DNA of 64,000 bases from the NCBI GenBank assembly GCA_951406725.2, contig OX597814.1, forward strand, positions 47,802,001 through 47,866,000, written 5' to 3'. Below, one piece after another: positions 37,839 through 48,601 of the stretch (its first letter is position 1; every line of letters begins with the position of its first letter). The notes under the pieces were generated by a model that did no database searches, was not told where the DNA came from, and was given only the letters and a program-made list of their open reading frames with translations. The DNA is from Octopus vulgaris. Lineage: Eukaryota. A program made the position numbers and the translations under genes.

Positions 37839-39403
37839 ATATATAGCTACATACATATATAGGTATATGTGTGTGTGTGTATTGAAATATATATATATGT
37901 ATATATGTATTAACATATTTATGTATGTATGTATGTATGTCTTAGTCCAAGCAATTTACTCTAACGCAGCTAGAACGCTGGGGACATAGATGTTCGGTAT
38001 ACTATAATTTATTGGAACAAACCATTTTGCTGTCGATAATGAAAATAAGACGAATTCAATTTCTTGCTGCCAGCCTAAAACAAATTGATTGTTAATGAGG
38101 TCCTCGATGGTAAGGCTTCGCTATTCAATTAGATATTTCATGCACACTGTACAGGATTGGCAGGCCATCATCTCCATTACAAAATTTTATCAGAAAGACC
38201 GCCCTCCGAGCGGTTTTCTGCTAGCCCCTTGATTCTCAGTTCTAATAATTTTAATATTTTACGTCTAATTATTTCTTTGTTTAATAGTGCTCACATGCTT
38301 AGTAAATATTGCTTTCATTATTTTATTATAGTCATAATCTCTCTTTTTGAAACAAACATCACGGTAGTCCATCTGTAAACTTTGCAACGTGTGTGTAAGA
38401 GAGGAGGGGAGAGAACATTGCAAACAATGAATGAAATAAACATGAAATGAAAAAAATCGTATAAATAAAAGAGCATTACTACAGATGTATACGCCCCCAA
38501 ATTTGTTGCCTCATAACATCCAGAAAACTGGATAATTTTTAACAAAGTTTTCTACAAATACCGCTTAAATGTTGTGGCTTCAGAATATATAGGGATTTAT
38601 GGGAAAGAATTTTTCCGAGGGGTGGAGAGAGGGGGTTCAGAAAATTCACACAATCTGACTTTTTTCCCTCATAACTTTCAGGAAAATGGGTATCTTTAAA
38701 TAAAAATTTATGCAAATCCCTTTCAAACTGCATAGATTATGATTATAAAGAAATTTGTGGGGAAAACTTTTTCGGGGATTTTCCCAATTTTTTTTTAAAC
38801 CACAGTCTTCGAAATGATGGGACAGGAGAGACATCTTTGTATGAAAATGTTTTAAAAAAAAGTTTTTTTACACCTTTTCCTTCATCATCCCACTCCGGAC
38901 CTATTTTGGTAAATTTTCTTTTGCACTTCAACACAATGGGAAAAGTATTTTCGGTAAAAAGTTTTTTTAATTGTTAATATTTTTTGAGGGAAAAGTGAGT
39001 GATTTAAGGGCAATTTGACTGTTGTTTCTAACAATCCAAAGACAACCCTCCTCGTTTCTTTATCACTCTCAATTATTGATGTTTTCATTACTTTTCCCCC
39101 ATAAATACATTTATATGCTATGAAAAGGAAAATTTGAGAAATAATGAATTTGTTTGCAACCCCACACCTTGCCCCCGATTGTTTCCGTTTAGAAATTAAA
39201 ATATTGGAGAGCCTGAGAAGGTCATTGCTGGTATTTATCCACAGTGATTTTTTTTAAATTACGGAGATGTACTTGCATAGCAAGTGACTTGATCTGAGAT
39301 CGAGTACTGAAACAAAATGAATTGCAGTGTGAAAGATGTTTGTAAGCCATTCAAGAACACACAAAATCCGTTAGTTTCACTTCAACATTTAAATTTCATT
39401 TGT

Positions 39404-39447
39404 GTCAAAATATTTTCGTCGCTTTGAAACCGCAACTGTTCACTGAC
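39404..39447 (-). ncRNA. Minimal type-I hammerhead ribozyme motif, G3-C8 variant
   Basis: GTCA-GTGAACA-GTTGC-GGTTTCAAA-GCGAC-GAAA-ATAT-TT-TGAC: stem I, core, 5-bp stem II, GAAA, palindromic loop, UH site. Confidence 0.8.
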
Positions 39448-39480
39448 GAAACTTCACAAAAGTGACGCAGCAGGAAGTTT

Positions 39481-39527
39481 TGTCAGTGAATAGGACGCGG
39501 TTTCAAAGCGACGAAAATATTTTGACA
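39481..39527 (+). ncRNA. Hammerhead motif, partly degenerate mirror copy
   Basis: TGTCA-GTGAATA-GGACGC-GGTTTCAAA-GCGAC-GAAA-ATAT-TT-TGACA; G3.U8 pair and a mismatch in stem II. Confidence 0.65.
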
Positions 39528-40509
39528 CAAATAAAATTTAAATGTTAAAGTGAAACTAACAGTTTTTGTGTACCCTTGAATGGCTTACAAACATCTTCCA
39601 TGCTGCAATTATTGTTGATTTAAAAAAAGAGTTATGTAAATGATAATTTATTTTAATAGCATACTTTTCCGTTAGAAAATGTTTTTTCTTGCACACACAC
39701 TCACACACACACACACGGCTTTGCTTGATTGAGGTGGGGGTAAAAATTTAGATCACAATTTATTTTGTTGTTTTTCTTCCACCAATGGACCACGTATGTG
39801 TTATTTCGGGATCATCATTCCATAAAATGCGTTCAATGGGAGAAAAATATAAAATAAAAAACATGTAAGAGTGAAAAGGGAGAGTGGTTTGGGTTATGCT
39901 AGTAACGACAGCGAAACCTCCTTTGAATTGTTCAACTTTTCTTCTGAATATACTTACAATGTTTTGTTTTTTTACCGAAAAGGCTCCATGGAGGGAGTTA
40001 AAAAGGAAAATGGCGAAAATCGGTCCAGATAGTTATTGTAAGGCGTTTCAAACTGCCATAACAACAAAATCACTTTCAATCTTTTTTTACAAAAATTATA
40101 CGGTATATTAAAAAAAATTTCATTCAATAAATAATGTTTTTACATTAAGTATACATTAATAGAATAAATTAATAAGCTGTCGGTTTTCCAAATAGCGAAT
40201 TAAAACTTGAAATGAAAACATTAAAAGAGAAAGTGAGAGATTTTGCAAATAAAAATGGAATACTCCGCTGTGAATGCAATGAATATTTAAATTTGAGAAG
40301 AATTGGACACAGTGAATGCAATGGATATTTTGCGAGAAATTGGAGTTAAAAAATTCAATATGCTTGAGAAATCGAAATTATAGGATTTTTCTTCGAACAT
40401 TCGTAGCAATTTCATGAGTAGTATCATGAAGATATTTCAACGAGTGTGACGCCATCCGTATTATTTGGATTGTGTCTGTAATAGGTTTTTACGTAATAAG
40501 GTATCTCAA

Positions 40510-41790
40510 ATGGAGACAAAGAGTTACGCTGCAGTAACGTGAAGACAAGGAGATATGGATCCAAGTTTGCTGGAGCAATATGAAGTGGATTTCAAGGCAG
40601 AATTCGTTAAGAAGTACCAAGATAGGTTACAGAGGGAGGGGTCTAACATAAAGTTGAGCCCCCCCCCCCCCCAAGAAGAAATGAAGGAAATGGAAAACAG
40701 AGATAGTATACAGAACGTTCTCGAGAAGCAAGAGAAGAATAGATATAGCAACACAGGAAGAGGTGAAAAAGTGCCTAGAGGATATTAAGGATGTTATTAC
40801 CTTTTATACAAGAGGTAGAAAGTACGGCACGGTGGTCGTCACTTTCGTCTCCAAAGAGGAGGCAAAGGAGTACTCCGCCGTGACATTACATTCGGACGAG
40901 TGGACTCTCCTGTCTACACACCTGGGCAAGCGCGTTGCCAGGGTTAGGATATGCTGGATTCCGCCTGAGATTGAGCTCGAGTAGCAGATGGCAGGGGTCC
41001 TTGATGTGGGAGACGAAGGGGGAGATGAGAGCATTAGCATCCTCCAGGTAACCCGGACCCAACAAATAAATTGGTTGGAGATGTTTTTGCGGGCCAACCA
41101 AACAGAATATGCTGGAATACCGGAGACAATAGAGCTACTCAATGGGGTAAAATTGGAAGTAATATTGGAAGGAATGCTCCCTACTTACTATTCTTTCGGA
41201 AAGAAAGGTGTCCCAAACAAGTGAAGGAGCTTGCAGAGATGGAAGCACAGGAATGTGGAGTGGAAATGGAGCAAAAGACCTGAGACGCGGAACAGGATAC
41301 AAATTTTAGAGGTAAAAACAAGAGAGATAGAGGAGGAACACACTGCCAAAAGAGGAACTACAGCAAAAGAAACATAAGACACAGGAAGAAACAGACCCAT
41401 TAAGACAAGCAACAACAAACAGAAGCAACGCGCCCATAAGTTCACCAAAAAGGAAAAACATCACAAGCAGAGTGGAATCACAAAGCAGACACACAGACAC
41501 ACAGACACACAAAAACAGACATACAGACACACAGACACAAAAACACACAGACACACAAGATGCACAACAGGGTGAAAACATATAGAAACAAAATATATTT
41601 AGTAACATATTGCACAAATCAAAAAATCGAAAGAAAAATAACGAAAATGAAAAATATTACAAGAGTAAAATTAACAGAGGATTACGACAAGGACATGAAA
41701 TGTATTTTGGTAAATGAAGAAAGGTATAGAACACTAAAAGAAGCATTTCTATTGAATGTGAATCCACTGGGGCCAGAGATGAGAAATTAA
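40510..41790 (+). mobile_element. Decayed Tx1-type ORF1 (RRM-like region plus eroded zinc knuckle)
   Basis: METKSYAAV start; YGTVVVTFVSKEEA...ARVRICWIPPEI; VILEGMLPTYYSFGKKG resembles an eroded CxxCxxxGH; low-complexity K/E/T-rich C-terminus. Confidence 0.7.
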
Positions 41791-41963
41791 CCCCGTATTC
41801 CGGTGGTAAATATGATGAGATAAATAAGGACATTAAGTGGTAAGTAAAAATTATTGAGAATTAACTTATTAGAAAAAAAAACTTAATGAATAATAAACGT
41901 TTTAAAAGGGGGAAGAAAGGAATTTTGTAGAAATATTTGAATCAATTGTAAAAACATAATCAT

Positions 41964-42860
41964 CCCAGAGTTAAGTTGCTAGCAGTCTGGTTTGGGCCAC
42001 ATCTCCAGGTAGAAAATACCTGGGCTGATGTATCGAGTAAGGTGACCCCCATAGTCAAGACCTGGTCTTGGCGGTAGCTATCCTTGAAAGGATGTGTTTA
42101 TCGCATCGGTCATCATTTACCGCCTAACCGTCGTTCCTTGCCCAGATTCGTGGTTGAGCAAGTTGGAGAGACAGATCTTTCGCCTCTTGTGGAAGGGCTC
42201 GACTCCACTTGTGAGGCGTTCTATTTACTGTAAAAAACCATTAAAGGGTGGACTAGGTGGACTTGGTTGTTGATGTGCAAACATGCGCTGAGATTGAGGC
42301 ACCTCTGGATCGTCCTGGATAGTTTTAGGGTGCGGACTTCGCTTGCGAAACGGATGTTTCCTAGGTTCACTAGTTTTGGTGGACGGGAAAACTGGTTCTG
42401 TCGAAGATCGAGGTTGGGTATCTGGTTTATAGAGTGCCGTAAGGCCCTCCCACTGTTCCGTCGCTCAGGCAATGCTAACAGTTTTGGTACAACCGCATCT
42501 CTTTATAGCAAGTTGGTAGAGTCTAGATGTGACGATACCTTAGGGGGGACCCTGGGCCTCGATACTGATCAGCTAGACAGTCTGTTCCAACGGACATTCG
42601 GGCAGAAGAAACTGGATAACTTCCAAAAGTCTCTGGCCTGGCAATATTACCGAGGAGCCTTACCCGTTCAGGATAAGCCCACAAGACACAGCCAACCCGG
42701 CCCATCGACCTGTCCAAGATGCGAGCAGGTGAGGGAAACCGTCCTGTACGCTATTGTTCAGTGTCCGGAAGTGTCAGAATTGTGGTCTTATGCAGAACAC
42801 CTGTTGTCGGATACAAGAAAATTACAGCTGTCGTCTGAGTCAATTCTAAAAATTAACCCA
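41964..42860 (+). mobile_element. Tx1-type ORF2 3' fragment, same family as 10309-14056
   Basis: HALRLRHLW...WFIECRKAL...DNFQKSLAWQYYRGALPV...CPRC..VRETVLYAIVQC is closely similar to 10800-11712. Confidence 0.93.
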
Positions 42861-42989
42861 TAATATTTCTCTTTCAAGTTCATGCTGATCCTACACGTCT
42901 AAGTTCGTATGAGAGGTCAACAGTTCGCTACCGACCCGCATGATGTTATTCATTCATTTTTTAATACTTGGCTGATGTATTTATTTATG

Positions 42990-43044
<55 letters not shown>

Positions 43045-43176
43045 AAAATAGTAAAGTGTGAAAAAACGACAGAAGGCTTAAATGTTAAAAAATATATATA
43101 TTTGTGTCAAAATGTCTGGAGAATATTGGAAAAATTTTTTTCCCTTCCTTAAAATGACATAATTTTAAAATTTTTA

Positions 43177-43216
43177 AAGAAATTACCGGTTTCGCGTGTA
43201 GCTTTTCAAATTTCTT
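43177..43216 (-). ncRNA. Minimal type-I hammerhead motif (mirror of 43943-43982)
   Basis: Exact reverse complement of 43943-43982. Confidence 0.8.
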
Positions 43217-43942
43217 GTGACGTTATGTTTATATTGCATGGAGTTATCGTTGTTTTTATTTCCAGGAGATTTCTAAATAAGGGGAGGTAGTGAGTGATTT
43301 CTTCCGGTGTAGGGGAGATAATCGCTTAAAAATTTTTTTTCCCTTTTCCTTGTTAATTTCTCTGTGTCAGTATGTTCGGATTGTTGAGTCTTTTTTCCCT
43401 TTTCCTTGTTAATTTCTCTGTGTCAGTATCTTCGGATGGTTGAGTCTGGGTTTGTACTTTTCAATGAAGAATGTTTCCTTGTTCAGTCTCATTTGTGTTG
43501 TTGATCCGAAAGCACATTGGTAAAATGGGAAGATTAAAAACAGATTGCATTCCCAGAATATAGAATGATACCTTTTAGTGAGCACATTGAGAAATGCGCA
43601 AAGCAACTACTGCCACAATTTTTAATCTTCCCATTTTACCAATGTGCTTTCGGATCAACAACACAAATGAGACTGAACAAGGAAACATTCTTCATTGAAA
43701 AGTACAAACCCAGACTCAACCATCCGAACATACTGACACAGAGAAATTAACAAGGAAAAGGGAAAAAAGACTCAACCATCCGAACATACTGACACAGAGA
43801 AATTAACAAGGAAAAGGGAAAAAAATTTTTTAAGCGATTATCTCCCCTACACCGGAAGAAATCACTCACTACCTCCCCTTATTTAGAAATCTCCTGGAAA
43901 TAAAAACAACGATAACTCCATGCAATATAAACATAACGTCAC

Positions 43943-43982
43943 AAGAAATTTGAAAAGCTACACGCGAAACCGGTAATTTCTT
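43943..43982 (+). ncRNA. Minimal type-I hammerhead ribozyme motif, U3-A8 variant
   Basis: AAGAAAT-TTGAAAA-GC-TACAC-GC-GAAA-CCGG-TA-ATTTCTT: 7-bp stem I, core, 2-bp stem II, GAAA, palindromic CCGG, UA cleavage site. Confidence 0.8.
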
Positions 43983-44156
43983 TAAAAATTTTAAAATTAT
44001 GTCATTTTAAGGAAGGGAAAAAAATTTTTCCAATATTCTCCAGACATTTTGACACAAATATATATATTTTTTAACATTTAAGCCTTCTGTCGTTTTTTCA
44101 CACTTTACTATTTTCTTATATATTCACCCACGTGCTTTACCAAACAAACTTTCTTA

Positions 44157-44199
<43 letters not shown>

Positions 44200-44771
44200 T
44201 CGAACACACACACAAATACGTGTGTGTGCGTGTGTATGCACTTGGTACCTCACCGGTTATCTTACCACCGGGACATTGAGTAAGTCCTTTATAGCCTGAA
44301 AAGCCTTCTCTAACTACCTTGAAATGTTTCCCCTCCAATCTCTTTCACCTTCAGTTCTTCAAAATTAAAATTTGCTTTATCACAAACGATAGCATTACTC
44401 AATGAATTTCTTTGTTGTTTGTTTGCAAGTCTACCACCTGCAATGATAATACCTTCCATTTGATTCACTTATTTAATACCAGAATAACTCAGTTGCGTAA
44501 CACAGTCTGATAGTTTGCTGCATTGAATATTTAGCATCGTCGTACAATCAAGGCAGTTTATTCTGACTGGCTGGAATTGCACCGGTAAGATATGAGCGAT
44601 TTGGACATATTGCAAATAGCACCATTATTGCCAATCAGCGCAATCAAACCGGTGTAAAACCAGGAAAGACTGTGAGAGTGTGTGTATATACACATTAATT
44701 TTTTTTTAACAAGTATTGTATCGACAGTGACCCCGAAGTTTCGGCTGGCTAAACCATCGTTGGATAGTCTG

Positions 44772-45074
44772 TGGAGGCACATAGCCTAGTGGTTTGAGCA
44801 GCGGACTCGCGGTCGAGAGATCGCGGGTTCGAATCTCAGACCGGGCGATGTGTATGTTCATGACCAAAACATCTAAAGTCCACGCGCTCCGGCAGAAGGT
44901 AATGGCGAACTTCTGTTGACTCTTTCGCCACAACGTTCTCTCACTCTTTCCTCCTGCATCATGCAGCTTACTTGCGACAGACCGGCGTCCCGTCCAGGTG
45001 GGTAACCTATACGCCAAGGAAACCGGGAAACCGGCCCTTATGAACCAGGCGTGGCTCGAGAAGGAACAAACATC
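44772..45074 (+). mobile_element. tRNA-derived SINE (family-A head, different 3' half) with 10-bp TSD
   Basis: TAGCCTAGTGG / GGTTCGAATCT boxes; TSD GGATAGTCTG at 44762-44771 and 45075-45084. Confidence 0.9.
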
Positions 45075-45075
45075 G

Positions 45076-45122
45076 GATAGTCTGATGATGACTTAGCAGG
45101 CCGAAACTTCGAGGTCACTGTC
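45076..45122 (+). ncRNA. Type-I hammerhead motif with canonical CUGAUGA core
   Basis: GATAGT-CTGATGA-TGACTTAGCAGGCC-GAAA-CTTCGAGG-TC-ACTGTC. A mirror copy with eroded core lies at 44723-44763 on the minus strand. Confidence 0.7.
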
Positions 45123-45235
45123 AATATTATTCGTGTTACAATAATTTGTACTCTGCAAAAGTATTGAATAATCTTTCAGTTTCATGAAAAAGTTCTTTTA
45201 TTCTAACTCGATATAAAAACAAACCTTAATATATA

Positions 45236-45410
45236 TTAAATTTTGGTACAAGGACAGCTGTTTCAGTGGAAGGGGAACATCGATTGCACCGACCACAGTG
45301 GTATTCTATTTATCGATCCTGAAAGATTGATAGGCAAAGTCAGCCTCGGCAGAATTTGAACTCAGAGAGTAAAGAAGGGAACAAATGTTGCTAAATATTT
45401 TGTCGGACGC
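45236..45410 (-). mobile_element. Diverged family-B SINE
   Basis: TTTATCGATCCTGAAAGATTGATAGGCAAAGTCAGCCTCGGCAGAATTTGAACTCAGA. Confidence 0.75.
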
Positions 45411-45434
45411 GTTATGGTATGTACGTGTGTTTGA

Positions 45435-45472
<38 letters not shown>

Positions 45473-46162
45473 ATATCCACATACACGCGCACGCACACGC
45501 ACGCACACACACGTACGCACACAAGTTGTTTAGAACGTACATAAAGGTTTGAAACGACTCCCTCACTCTCCACTACATTCAGTAATGGACCGACTGCGGT
45601 ACTTGTAGATATAAATATATGTTTCTATTATAATTAATTATTAAAGGGTTATCAGCTTGATCAGCTAATAGTTCACCATTATAAAGGATGTCTAGTTTGT
45701 GACTCAAAAATTTAAGTTGTTCTCCCTATATTATTGTATTACAACAACTGGCTTCTTTTACTTTGAGCATTTTATATTTTGCAGCTACAGTCTGGGCGTG
45801 TGATGGATAATGACTCACCCATGCAGCGTACTTTGTCCTAAGTGTAATATAATATATATATATACATATATATATAATAGTTCCAATTTCGAAGGGGAAG
45901 CCTCTGCGAGTAGTTGTAGATGCTTTAAGGAGCAGTCAAATATCTTTCAAATCATATCCTGTTACTTTATATAAGAAAGTAAAAACAAAAACCAAAGCCA
46001 AAAACAAGATGCTTACGGCTGGAATTTCTTTGGCCATAAGTCTGCTCGATCGGGGCTGACATGGGACTAAACAGTATCTATACTAACAAGAAATGCCAGC
46101 AAAATCTTCCTCAAATCCCATCTTACCGTCTTATATAAGGACAGTACACAGCAAAATAATCT

Positions 46163-46373
46163 TTAGCACGCCAGACGAAATGCTTAGCAGTATTTCGTCT
46201 GCCGCTGCGTTCTGAGTTCAAATTCCGCCGAGGTCGACTTTGCATTTCACCCTTTTGGGAATCGATAAATTAAGTACCAGTTATGCACCGGGGTCGATGT
46301 AATCAACTTAATCCCTTTGTCTGTCTTTGTTTGTCCCCTCTGTGTGTAGCCCCTTGTGGGCAGTAAAGAAATA
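46163..46373 (+). mobile_element. Family-B SINE monomer ending in the Tx1-type tail
   Basis: Body followed by TCCCTTTGTCTGTCTTTGTTTGTCCCCTCTGTGTGTAGCCCCTTGTGGGCAGTAAAGAAATA; possible short TSD AAA(A/G)TAATCT. Confidence 0.9.
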
Positions 46374-46879
46374 AGAAAAGTAATCTATCATGTCCTTGAA
46401 ATAGACCAGGTCGGCATAGTTGGAATGTCGTTGATTAAAGGTCTGCTCGGTTTGGGTTGACACCATCTCCACCACCAACAGCAACAACTTCTTGAAACGT
46501 TTCGATTCCTCTCTTCATTTCATGCGATGTTACAACAGTTATAAGTATCAAAGCACTTTGTTTTTTAAAAAAATCGTATTGGCTTTTCGAAACCGCATCT
46601 TCTATACCCATGGCAGTTGTAAATAAAAGCATGTAATGTATAAAGTTAAATAACCTTTAGATAGAAAAAAAAAAAAAAGGAACGAGGAACACTTGCCAGG
46701 CCCGAACTCGTATCGGCTGTATCCGTGACAAACATACTTACCACAACATTAAAGCAACCTGCGACCTCCCTTTCACTTGATTAAAAGCTTTGCTCTTACG
46801 AGCGAGAAAGTAAGTCGATTTACATTGTGAAAATGCCGACGCTTCGAAAAGATGTGAAATAAGTCAATAGGAGGATGAA

Positions 46880-47035
46880 CCTCCAAGTGGATACACTAAC
46901 AAGTAATAGCATGTAATATATTGGTGGCAAAAAGGTTGAAGTCTTTTTTTTTCTTTTTGTTGTTTTTTTCATCTAAGGGTTTTTATTTACTCAATATATT
47001 ACATGCTATTATTCATAGTTGTATCCACTCCGAGG
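46880..47035. repeat. Small inverted-repeat element (MITE-like)
   Basis: AGTGGATACA...TAATAGCATGTAATATATTG vs CAATATATTACATGCTATTA...TGTATCCACT. Confidence 0.75.
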
Positions 47036-48601
47036 CCCGCCGCTCTTACAATGATTTATTAAACAAGCGACTGTTCTGACCTCTTACCACACTTTGTCTT
47101 CAACGAATCCTTGGTGAATGACCTTTCTACTACATACAGATAAACATGTTCATACATACACACAAAGTCCGTTATATTTTCTACTCTAACTCCTTAGTTG
47201 ATTTTATAAAATTGAACTTTGACTTTTTTTAAACTAAATTTCGTTAATGCAGTGACCAAAATACAATTAGAATACTGTCGCTATAATGGTTATTGCTTTA
47301 TTGCGCCTGTTCACATCCTAGTATTGCAAAGCCATCTGTCATCTGAAACTATATTTACGATAAGAAAAAAAGTTTGCATTTTAGTTTATCTGTTTCTGAT
47401 GAAATCCCACGGTTATTTGGCAATTGCGTTTTTACCACGGTCTTTACGTGTTTGAGATTGTATTTGCCAGCGAGTGTGAGAATTTTATATCGGCCATCAC
47501 AAAACACCACTAAAATCTTGTAACGATTTAATTGTGAATAATGCTAACTCTACAAACTATCTCCCTCCCTCTCTCTTTCTATCTCCCTACCTCCTTCCTT
47601 CTTTCTCTCTCTCTCTCGCTCTCTCACTCTCTTTCTAACGTTCCATCTCTATATTCCTTGTTTAAATCTCTCTCGTTATGTATCACGAAGTAAAGCTGCA
47701 AACCACTCTTAAAATAATCTTATTTTCACAAATACATTAATAAGAGTCTGATAATTATGCTTGCCATTTACTATATTATATGTAATAACTGAACTGCATA
47801 AAAGAAACAACTGCCAAAATGTGGTGGACACAACTTACAGAAAACTTTGGTAAAAAGTTATTCCTGATGATGTGTCTATCAACAGCATTAATAAATAGTT
47901 ATGGATAATGCAAGAGATATTAGCATAAAATCATGCATGTGTTGCTTTCGTATGTCTGTCACAAAACTGTCATGCAATCAAAATATTCATAACCGACTGC
48001 GAAATTAAATTACGAACAATAGTTTGTTTTCAATTTAATATAACTGAATTAAGTGTTTTACAAGCCAAATCTAAATTTTCATAATTGGACAATAATGATA
48101 TTTTGTGAAGGTCCACAACATCAGCAACTTAGAACTTGCTTTTACCTTAGATTTTGCTTTGTTTTTATTATTTTACTTTATATTCTTTTGAATAGTGCCA
48201 CGAGCGCCGTAGAGATAGCAGTAAAATACCTAGTCGAAACGGTAATGCAGTTTTAATCTCGGCTAACGACGTTTTACTAGCTTTCATTTATGATTTCATT
48301 TAAGCCACTAATATCCTTCATTAAATTTACCTTTAACTGGAATATTGGAATGATGAGACATCTTTCAAAGCATTGTTCCTTAATTCTTTCAGTTTCACTT
48401 ATTCAGCAGATTTCATCATTTAACTCCATCGAAATCTTCCCTCTCGTTTAATTACCTATCACTTTATGAAACTGGAAATGTCTACCGCTTTATACAAGAC
48501 ACTCTAGAATATTAGTTACAACCTCATCGTGTTTAAGATCGACAGCTTACTCATTCGGTTATTTGTAACATCAAAAGTCCTCCAGTACGATACTACGTTT
48601 C

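Larger units (their letters stand above)
39262..39610. mobile_element. Inverted pair of Penelope-like pseudo-LTR fragments
   Basis: Arms 39320-39455 and 39474-39610 are reverse complements with an 18-bp spacer; each contains a hammerhead motif. Confidence 0.85.
38890..40030. repeat. Old diverged inverted repeat (about 38890-39120 vs 39820-40030) enclosing a younger one
   Basis: CCGGACCTATTTT...TTTTCGGTAAAAA...GAAAAGT vs the reverse complement CTGGACCGATTTT...TTTTCGGTAAAAA...GAAAAGT; low identity. Confidence 0.55.
43041..44118. mobile_element. 5'-truncated Penelope-like element with inverted pseudo-LTR (500-bp arms, 78-bp spacer)
   Basis: 43041-43540 is the reverse complement of 43619-44118; I saw two mismatches. 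Spacer plus right arm encode QIAFPEYRMIPFSEHIEKCAK..FLIFPFY...RLNKETFFIEKYKPRLN, typical of a GIY-YIG endonuclease C-terminus. Hammerheads in both arms; abuts (TA)n. Confidence 0.9.

Noticed and set aside
46488-46527. Hammerhead-like ATGAAGA-GA-GGAA-TC-GAAA-CG-TT on the minus strand
   Set aside because: A3 and G8 cannot pair, and the stems are too short to exceed chance.
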